DNA from: an uncultured Eubacteriales bacterium
GTDB lineage: Bacteria > Bacillota > Clostridia > Christensenellales > DTU072
DNA length: 64,000 nucleotides
Direction of reading: 5' to 3'
Assembly (NCBI GenBank): GCA_949292905.1
Contig: CASFAV010000003.1
Span: forward strand, 32,050-96,049
A program made the position numbers and the translations under genes. The notes beneath the pieces are model-generated. The model did not search any database, was not told the origin of the DNA, and saw nothing but the letters and a program-made list of their open reading frames with translations. How positions within the stretch are numbered: the stretch's first letter is position 1; each line of letters starts with the position of its first letter. This document shows, one piece after another, positions 26,879 to 34,276 of the stretch.

Positions 26879-29647
26879 TTAAATTAGCGTGTATTTAGCT
26901 TTTCTAACATTAAACGCTTCTTTACCACCTTCAAGAATTTCACATATATGCCCTTGAATACCGGTTTGATTTAAAATACCGCTTTTAATTGAACCATCGT
27001 CATTTCTAATTACCATATTGTTTTCAATAGCTCCGGATCGATATTCAAATCGATAAGTTTCATTAGGACTATTTGTACCTCTTTGGTTGGCAACAATAAT
27101 TTCTTCCGAATCGGCCCCAACAACAATATTAGCATTATGCGTAACTACAATTATTTGCCTATCATATTTCTTTTGTCGCAGAAAATTAACTAGTTCATAG
27201 TAAATTGAACGATTATCTAAATCATCTTCAGGTTGATCTATTAATATTGGGCAATCGGCATCTGCCAAGTTAATCAGCAATTTAAGTAAAACTAATGCTT
27301 TTTTGCCTGGAGACATCGTTTGAATTTTATCGTTATCAAGTTCAATCGTGTAAATAATGTTATACCAATTGGATAATATAGCACGTAAAGCCTCTTCAAT
27401 AGTAACGCTTTTCTTCAACAATGATTTTCCATTAAATTCAAATAATGGATGAATCAATTTCTCTATAATGTCCTCGCTGATATCGGCAGGATCAGCATCT
27501 TCATAAAAAGCATAGATTGTTTTCAGTTTTCTGTTATCAAATAAATCTCTTATTTTAGCGTCAAAAGCTTCTAGCCTAAATGGTGCCGTTGCAAGAAAAG
27601 TCATGGAACTATCAAGATTTGTTGCTTTTTCGTTTACAAAACTCGCATATTTTTGATGTAATTCATCAAAAATTGCTAGTTTGTGAACTATGCTATTTAA
27701 TAGATTTTCAAAAACCTGTGTTTGTGTTTGTACTTGTAAGGTCAATGTTTCAGATGTCTTAAGTTTTCGTTCTTCCTCCAATAACAATTCATTTGTGATC
27801 TTTAACGCTTCAGTTTTTTCAAGTAATTGTTCTTTTGTTTCTATTTCAGTCTTAAGTGTATCTAATTCACTATTAATTTTTTCAATTTCAGCATTTAAGT
27901 TAATTATTAATTCTTGTCTGGCATTATTCCATTTTGTAGCTATTTCGTTTGTGAAACCAGATATAACAGCATCGACCTTATGCAAACTATCCGCAGACAA
28001 TTCCTCGGATTCATTTGACATTTTTACAACTAAACCTAAATTTGAAAGAAGTTTAATGTCATTATGTTTTGTTTGCAGCAATTTAGATAATGTTGCAAAT
28101 TGTGTTTTGCATTGGTCATATTTCGTTATGTCTTCTTCGCTTATTTGTAATAGTTTTGTTATTCGATCTCGTTCCTTTTGCAGTTTTGCAATCTCTTTTT
28201 TTATTGAATCTACGCTACCATTTTCCGTAAGTTGTTGAGAATACTGCATAAGTAATTCATGTGCTTTAACAGTGTCATATATTTCTTTGTCCAAATCAGT
28301 TTTTGTTGTCTCTAAATCGCGCTGAAACTGACCAAAGGCTTCTTTAATATTCTCATCTTGCAAAATAATATCCTGTATGATCTCATCAATTTCCGTCTTT
28401 TCTTCTTGATTGTCACTTAAACTATTTAAATAGGTTTGTGGTATATACACAATATTCTTCTTATCAGTACCGTCGCTTATTGTTCCATCTTTCCAATAAA
28501 CCCTCATATTTTGAATAGTAAAATCTTTTCCGCTGTATTTAAGCTTATATTGGTCACAATCAATAAGTCGTGCCATATTGTTGAGAATTATTGATTTCCC
28601 GGTAGATTTCCCTCCAATGAAACAAGTTAGATTAGGATTAAAAACAATTGGTGCAGGGGAAAATCTATCGTCGCTGATTGTGATTTTATCGATTACATTA
28701 TAGTCTCTCTTTTTTTCAGGATGCACATCGCAAATTTTAACACGTTCTTGAGGTTCATAAATGATTTGTTTGAGTCCTTCAAAAGTGCAATCAGCTTTTA
28801 TCCAACAATATCTATTATTATCAGGAGACAGAATGTCAGAATTTTTATGCGCATCACAACCATGTACACATGGCTTCAAACGCCCATATTTTTGAACGAT
28901 TTCTTCTTTAGTGAGAGAACCTTCTCCAAGAAAATATTTAATAGAGCTTTCTGTAGCGGAAAAAATTATATCAGCAAAATAACATAGATCATCTCTAATT
29001 ACTGTCAAATCTGAGTTTACATTAGGACGAGAAGGATTGCCTATTCCTGAAGCGCCATCGTTCGAACTATTAGAAACAGCAACTATTACATTATCTCTTA
29101 AATCTTTATCATCCTCCAGTATCTTTTTAAGATTTGATAAATCAACTACAAATTGTTCAATACCTTTTTTGTATGCTGCTTCGTCATTTAGGGTGGTGTC
29201 ATATAGCTGACCAAGTTTAATGAAATCATCTTTAACAGCGTGAAAAGTCTGCCCATTACTATGCTTAAACGTTAACTGACTGAAAAGTTTTACATCCAAT
29301 TGAGAAACAATCATCGGATTGCAAATGAAATGTATGTTTATTGCTGCTTTACTTGAAACGGGAGTAATACGCATTTCAATATTTGGCAATATCAGCTCAA
29401 ATTTATCAGTTATTCTACTATCAGATATAACTTTTCTATAGTTGTCAATAGAAAAGTAATCGGTTATTCCCAATACCGCAACTTTTTTAGTTGGATCTTC
29501 GGAATTGATATATAATAAAATGTCCTCGTAAAATTTGTCCCATTTTTCTTGAGGCGTTGATCCCACAAATTGATCATTCTTCTTTGTTTGTGGAGTGTGT
29601 ATATGTAAATCCCAACGTCTCCATTCAGAACCACGGCAAAAATCCAT
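26879..29647 (-). CDS. PHP-domain phosphoesterase fused to coiled-coil ABC/SMC-like ATPase
   Basis: 922 aa. The N-terminus has 'WDLHIHTPQT' and 'LGITDYFS' (PHP-type His motifs). Walker A is 'FIGGKSTGKS'. A ~300-aa heptad-rich insert follows. Walker B/D-loop is 'ILIDQPEDDLD' and the H-loop is 'IVVTHNANIVV'. It is the last gene of the AT-rich operon. It may correspond to what pipelines label TrlF-like ATPase, which I could not verify. Confidence 0.7.
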   Translation of the reverse strand: MDFCRGSEWRRWDLHIHTPQTKKNDQFVGSTPQEKWDKFYEDILLYINSEDPTKKVAVLGITDYFSIDNYRKVISDSRITDKFELILPNIEMRITPVSSKAAINIHFICNPMIVSQLDVKLFSQLTFKHSNGQTFHAVKDDFIKLGQLYDTTLNDEAAYKKGIEQFVVDLSNLKKILEDDKDLRDNVIVAVSNSSNDGASGIGNPSRPNVNSDLTVIRDDLCYFADIIFSATESSIKYFLGEGSLTKEEIVQKYGRLKPCVHGCDAHKNSDILSPDNNRYCWIKADCTFEGLKQIIYEPQERVKICDVHPEKKRDYNVIDKITISDDRFSPAPIVFNPNLTCFIGGKSTGKSIILNNMARLIDCDQYKLKYSGKDFTIQNMRVYWKDGTISDGTDKKNIVYIPQTYLNSLSDNQEEKTEIDEIIQDIILQDENIKEAFGQFQRDLETTKTDLDKEIYDTVKAHELLMQYSQQLTENGSVDSIKKEIAKLQKERDRITKLLQISEEDITKYDQCKTQFATLSKLLQTKHNDIKLLSNLGLVVKMSNESEELSADSLHKVDAVISGFTNEIATKWNNARQELIINLNAEIEKINSELDTLKTEIETKEQLLEKTEALKITNELLLEEERKLKTSETLTLQVQTQTQVFENLLNSIVHKLAIFDELHQKYASFVNEKATNLDSSMTFLATAPFRLEAFDAKIRDLFDNRKLKTIYAFYEDADPADISEDIIEKLIHPLFEFNGKSLLKKSVTIEEALRAILSNWYNIIYTIELDNDKIQTMSPGKKALVLLKLLINLADADCPILIDQPEDDLDNRSIYYELVNFLRQKKYDRQIIVVTHNANIVVGADSEEIIVANQRGTNSPNETYRFEYRSGAIENNMVIRNDDGSIKSGILNQTGIQGHICEILEGGKEAFNVRKAKYTLI

Positions 29648-29677
29648 ACGAAGTATCTCCTTGGTGTATAGTGAGGT

Positions 29678-31264
29678 TTATTGATGTAAAAGGTCTACTA
29701 ATCGTTCATTGCTTGCTATGTCTTTTATAAACTCTTCGATCGCGTATGTTAGTATATCCACATTATACTGATATTTTGAATATCCTGCCATATACTTTGT
29801 GTCAGCATGGATAGCGGGCGCAACTAATATGGAAAACACAATTTTATCGGGATATTTAGTGACTGCCTCCTGTAAATGTCGTGTGATTGCCGGCATTTCC
29901 ATAGTTGCTTGAGTCCTTGCCGTAATCAAAGTTACTTCGACGAGTGGATTGCAATCCGTATCGAAGCACTCAATATCGGCTAGCCCACCCGATGCTGTGA
30001 AGGTTGGTAAGCCTTCGTCATCAACATGATAATTAGGACAAACCGTCAATCCTTCAAAGTTCTGTTTTAATGCGATACTGGTTAAGAATTCAAATCTTGT
30101 GGGTTTGTCAATAATCCTCAGTACGGGATTACGGCTTTCACCTCTTTTGCTACAAACGATAAGCAATTCGTTGAAAATTTCCTGTTTATCATAGTTTGTC
30201 GCCCACTCATTGAGGGTTCTTGTTCTAACATCATTGATGTTCTCTTCCTGAATGGTGGTAGTGGCCAGAATATGAGCGTCAATCGAGCCCATATACCTAA
30301 AATAATCTTCTTTGGAGGCATATCGGGTATAAGTACTATAATTTTCTAATATGTAGTTAATTTTATCTGCTTCAAATTGGTTAAAATCCAAGAAGCGACC
30401 ATTACCTCTGAGAGAGATTATACCTGTAATACGCATCTTGCGTATAAATTCATCAACAGCTTCGCCTGTAATCTGCTCAATTTTAAAGCGTTTCTTTTTA
30501 TCTTCACCCGCACCTAACAGTTGTAAGCAGTCATCATAAATGACTTCATCGCTATAATTGTAGCCATACTGAGCGCGTAATTCTTTGATTGTGCGGTAAA
30601 GCCGTTCAGCATCGTTATCAGGCCAGCAAATTATGAGCGATAATTCGCTTCTTAATATACCTGCATCGTTTTCGTTAGGATCTTCCTTCAAAAGTTTTAT
30701 AACCTGAAGCAAGAGAACGAGCGGGACATTATCATTTGCATTCTTTCTGAATGGATTGCTTGTCTGATACTTCATCAGTGCATTCAAAAAGACATTCTGT
30801 ATCTTTGAATCGTTGGCGGGAACTTCATTAAAAGCATCTATCAGCATGTGTCCCGTTTGGGAGATTATAATTTGCTTACCCATTTCATAATAGATAAAGC
30901 CGAACTCCATAGACAGCTTGTACCAAGTGTCAAATCGAGAATCCCATCCTTTTTCAAAGCCAGCTTCTTTATGGTCTTGCGGGCTATTTGCTATAATGTC
31001 TTCAACTTGTTCACGAGTAAAAGAAAGCTCATCACTTTTATATATCCTTTTATATTCTGGCACTTTCATTTCATACTTTTCGGTATAGTACAATTTTGCC
31101 ATAATTAAATTAACTGCAACCTCGTGAATAATATCGCTCGTTAAAACATGACCTTCATACGGTAAAATACAATTTAAGAACGCCGCTATACGAGCAGGGT
31201 TACGCATGGTGGTAGAGAATGAAAGTGGTTTGTATTCTTTTCGTCTTTCTTTTGCCATAGACAC
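29678..31264 (-). CDS. AlwI/BstNBI-family type II(S) restriction endonuclease
   Basis: 528 aa. The N-terminus 'LSFSTTMRNPARIAAFLNCILPYEG' and the catalytic region 'ASGGLADIECF...LVEVTLITARTQATMEMPAITRHL' parallel the N.BstNBI/AlwI-family segments I recall ('AAGNQPDMEIIY...LGEVTTSKGATQFKMESEPVTRHYL'). It lies 1 nt downstream of two MTase genes. Confidence 0.65.
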   Translation of the reverse strand: MSMAKERRKEYKPLSFSTTMRNPARIAAFLNCILPYEGHVLTSDIIHEVAVNLIMAKLYYTEKYEMKVPEYKRIYKSDELSFTREQVEDIIANSPQDHKEAGFEKGWDSRFDTWYKLSMEFGFIYYEMGKQIIISQTGHMLIDAFNEVPANDSKIQNVFLNALMKYQTSNPFRKNANDNVPLVLLLQVIKLLKEDPNENDAGILRSELSLIICWPDNDAERLYRTIKELRAQYGYNYSDEVIYDDCLQLLGAGEDKKKRFKIEQITGEAVDEFIRKMRITGIISLRGNGRFLDFNQFEADKINYILENYSTYTRYASKEDYFRYMGSIDAHILATTTIQEENINDVRTRTLNEWATNYDKQEIFNELLIVCSKRGESRNPVLRIIDKPTRFEFLTSIALKQNFEGLTVCPNYHVDDEGLPTFTASGGLADIECFDTDCNPLVEVTLITARTQATMEMPAITRHLQEAVTKYPDKIVFSILVAPAIHADTKYMAGYSKYQYNVDILTYAIEEFIKDIASNERLVDLLHQ

Positions 31265-31265
31265 C

Positions 31266-32186
31266 TCAATAATTTTTTACAAGAACTTCGTAAGTATCCT
31301 TTTCGCTATTGTCATTAAAACTTATATAATTGCTTTGAATACGCACGATATTATATTTCTGTGCCCAATAATTGAACGTACCGTTATATTTCCTTCTGTG
31401 CCATAGCACGTTTGACACGGCAAAACGTATATGCCGTTCGTTTAATTCATCGAGGACTTTAATAAGACGCATTTCGCTATCTTCGTTCCACAACTTGTTA
31501 TATTCACTGAATGTAATAAGATATGGCGGATCAAGATATACAAAATCTTTTTCAGTAAGTTCAAGAGAATTGAGGAAATCTTCAAAATCCATACTGAATA
31601 GAGAGATGTCTTTATCTTTTACATACTCAAAATATGAGTTAAGTGCGTCGACCACATTCTCGTTGAAATCTACATTCCCTACGGGAAGATTAAAGTCGCC
31701 CTTCCCATTAAAACGCAACATACGGTTAAATCCATAAATCAGTAACAGATAAAGGAGCATCATATCTGTCTTATCGGCATTGAAATCTGTTCTTAATTGC
31801 GTATAAGCTTCTTTATTGTATTTGGCAAAATAAGTTTTAGGGAATTGTGTGCGCAATTCTTTCGGCACAGTCTTTCCCATGTATGTGGCAGATAGGGCAT
31901 ACTTGTTTATGATTGTATTGATACTATCCCAGAACTTGACTTGATTCTTACTATAAGCAATAAGAAACTTATGCAATGAAATCATATATGAATCAATGTC
32001 ATTAAGGATATATTGATTTGCCTTAGTATTTAAGAAAACGCTGCCGCCCCCACAAAAAGGCTCAACAAACTTGTCAATATCTTTAGGGAAATTATCTTTT
32101 AGCTGCGATAGCAACTTAAATTTATCTCCAACGTAGAAAAATGGTGAACGACGAAACTCTGTTTTTACTGTTACATTCTTTTTCAT
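31266..32186 (-). CDS. D12-class (Dam-like) N6-adenine DNA methyltransferase
   Basis: 306 aa with 'FYVGDKFKL', motif I 'FVEPFCGGGSVFLN' and motif IV 'VYLDPPY'. Confidence 0.85.
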   Translation of the reverse strand: MKKNVTVKTEFRRSPFFYVGDKFKLLSQLKDNFPKDIDKFVEPFCGGGSVFLNTKANQYILNDIDSYMISLHKFLIAYSKNQVKFWDSINTIINKYALSATYMGKTVPKELRTQFPKTYFAKYNKEAYTQLRTDFNADKTDMMLLYLLLIYGFNRMLRFNGKGDFNLPVGNVDFNENVVDALNSYFEYVKDKDISLFSMDFEDFLNSLELTEKDFVYLDPPYLITFSEYNKLWNEDSEMRLIKVLDELNERHIRFAVSNVLWHRRKYNGTFNYWAQKYNIVRIQSNYISFNDNSEKDTYEVLVKNY

Positions 32187-32187
32187 T

Positions 32188-33216
32188 TTAATTAACCTTA
32201 ACTAAAAAGATAAATTCTTTGTGTTCCGTAAAATCTGTTTTGCCGGCATTAAAAAAGGAATGTTCCTTTTCGAAACAAGTCAGTTCACCTTTGGTTTTCA
32301 GCACATCTTTTATATTTTCAAGCGTCATCTTGTTTCGTGATGAGGTGCTTTTTGAGGCATAGGTGTTATTATAAGAAACAACTATATACTTGCATTGCAA
32401 ATCACGTATTAAATCAGCAAAAGCTTGGAGGGCACCGCTTCGGCAATACTCGCTCATATTCTCAGGTTCTGGCTTCAACGCTTCACCATATAGTTTTGGC
32501 TTTTTCCAAGTTGTCAAGTTTTCTAAGACATGATAAAAACGGCTGTATTGTCTTGAATTATAAGGCGGATCAATATAAACGATATCAACGCTCAAAGATT
32601 TTGCTAAAATATTTGCGTCTTCACGGTGAATTTCGATTTCTGCCGTTGTGGCGTATGGGGAAATTAGGTCAAACTTGAAAGTATCAGGTATATTATGACC
32701 TTTTATATAAGCGTCATAATGTCCGACAGTGTTTGCCGCTTTATCTGCAGAGTATAAAAGTGAGGCGATCAAAATAGCCCGTTCTTTTTCATTAACATCA
32801 TTTATAGAATCAATGACATCTCTTATTGCTCCAATATGTAACGCATCGGCATAAGAGAAAAACTTATTACTATAATTTATAGAAGCGTAGTTATCTTTAA
32901 TAGATGAGGTATCAATATTTTGAAAATTGGTTTTATAGTTATTTATCTTATTGACATCGAACGGTTCTTGCAGAAAGAACGCCTTATAGATAATTTCATT
33001 TGAATAAAGGAAGTCGTTGATGACGACCTTTTGCATATTTTTTATTGCGTGTTGAGCTATTATCCCTGTGCCGGCAAAAATATCACAAAAAGAACTTCCC
33101 GTACAGTGACTATTTATTAAATCAAAAATCCAATCAGCAAGCTTAAATTTACTTCCTGTATATCGCCTATTCCATATTTCAAAAGACATGCTTCTTACGC
33201 TCATATTATTATCCAA
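32188..33216 (-). CDS. D12-class N6-adenine DNA methyltransferase (second MTase)
   Basis: 342 aa with 'RRYTGSKFKL', motif I 'CDIFAGTGII' and motif IV 'VYIDPPYNSRQY'. Confidence 0.85.
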   Translation of the reverse strand: MDNNMSVRSMSFEIWNRRYTGSKFKLADWIFDLINSHCTGSSFCDIFAGTGIIAQHAIKNMQKVVINDFLYSNEIIYKAFFLQEPFDVNKINNYKTNFQNIDTSSIKDNYASINYSNKFFSYADALHIGAIRDVIDSINDVNEKERAILIASLLYSADKAANTVGHYDAYIKGHNIPDTFKFDLISPYATTAEIEIHREDANILAKSLSVDIVYIDPPYNSRQYSRFYHVLENLTTWKKPKLYGEALKPEPENMSEYCRSGALQAFADLIRDLQCKYIVVSYNNTYASKSTSSRNKMTLENIKDVLKTKGELTCFEKEHSFFNAGKTDFTEHKEFIFLVKVN

Positions 33217-33222
33217 ATAAGT

Positions 33223-33453
33223 CTACTGTATTGAATTTTGAACTATTTCCATTTTGGAAACAGTTGCCGGCTGACTTAATTCTCCTTCTACGTAAATATT
33301 AGCCAAATGTTTTGAAATGGCGGAAACATTGACATCAAACAATTCTGCCATACCGCGTTGTGTAACCCAAATGGTTTCATCCTTGATAGCAACTTTGACC
33401 TTTATATCTTCATTGTCTATACTGTACAAAGTATACTGAATTTCGTTAGACAT
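33223..33453 (-). pseudogene. Truncated RhuM-family N-terminal fragment
   Basis: 'IKVKVAIKDETIWVTQRGMAELFDVNVSAISKHLANIYVEGEL' matches the RhuM N-terminal pattern (...ETVWLTQ.QMAELF....NIS.HIKNIF.EGEL). It stops after about 76 aa, whereas the full-length family is about 300 aa or more. Confidence 0.5.
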
Positions 33454-33658
33454 TTGCATCCTCCACAATCTCCATGATATCTGCAATATCGCAATTTAAG
33501 GCGGTACAGATTTTTACCAGCATTTCGGTATTAACATTTTCATTTTTACCGAGTTTAGCCATAGTGTTGGTAGAGATTCCAGCTTTGAGTCGCAAATCTT
33601 CCTTTCTCATGTCCTTGTCAATAAGTAGCTTCCAAAGTTTTTTGTAGCTGATAGCCAT
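33446..33658 (-). CDS. Cro/C1-type HTH protein, possible controller of the R-M operon
   Basis: 70 aa with 'LRLKAGISTNTMAKLGKNENVNTEMLVKICTALNC'. It is the first gene of the operon. Confidence 0.75.
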   Translation of the reverse strand: MAISYKKLWKLLIDKDMRKEDLRLKAGISTNTMAKLGKNENVNTEMLVKICTALNCDIADIMEIVEDANV

Positions 33659-33690
33659 ATAATTGCACTCCGAAGGTGTCGATTGAAATA

Positions 33691-33719
33691 ATTATATCAT
33701 AACGCAGCGTAGATTGCAA
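33691..33719 (-). promoter_or_regulatory. Sigma-70-type promoter of the AT-rich operon
   Basis: The minus strand reads TTGCAA (33719-33714), a 17-nt spacer, then TATAAT (33696-33691). Confidence 0.65.
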
Positions 33720-34219
33720 GAAAATCTTTGCGAACACAAAATAATAATTGACAATTTTATTATTTGGCACCGTGGCGTGTGCTTGTCACAGACAAGTGCG
33801 GCTCGGCTGCGCCTCGCCGTTCAAGCACACGCCGCGAAAATGCAACAAGAGTGGCGCGGAAAACCAAATCGAAAGGCGCGGCGGCGCGGAGCCGTCCCCG
33901 CTAAACCGCTCGGGGATCGGCTGCCGCTTTTCCGCCGTGCGATTTTTTCTCTTTATTGATTTTGCCGTTCCAGTTACCTCTTGAATTTTGCCTCATTCGG
34001 CAGGCTTAGGTTAGCATAGTCCTCGCGGACGCGCCGACGCTTTGCTATCGTCTCGTCCTGCCGAGGTCCTACGCCCTGTCCGTGCAAAACGGGCGCCGAA
34101 AGCGTCGCCCTCCCGTCGTCGGACCGCGCCGGGGCAGACATGTCGCAAGGCGCGTCTGGGACGGAGTAAGCCGCAAAACCGCCTTCGGGTCCTTAAAAAT
34201 AAATAAAATCAAAAATGAG

Positions 34220-34249
34220 TTGCCTACCTGCGCATAGGCGTGATAGAAT
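34220..34249 (+). promoter_or_regulatory. Candidate promoter for the symporter-lipoprotein pair
   Basis: TTGCCT (34220-34225), an 18-nt spacer, then TAGAAT (34244-34249) preceded by TG. Confidence 0.5.
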
Positions 34250-34276
34250 AGATGCAGTACGGAATTGAGGGATATT

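Noticed and set aside
33748-33776. TTGACA at 33748 as a plus-strand promoter
   Set aside because: No acceptable -10 hexamer lies at 16-19 nt spacing. The sequence sits in the divergent control region of the R-M operon and may instead be an operator.
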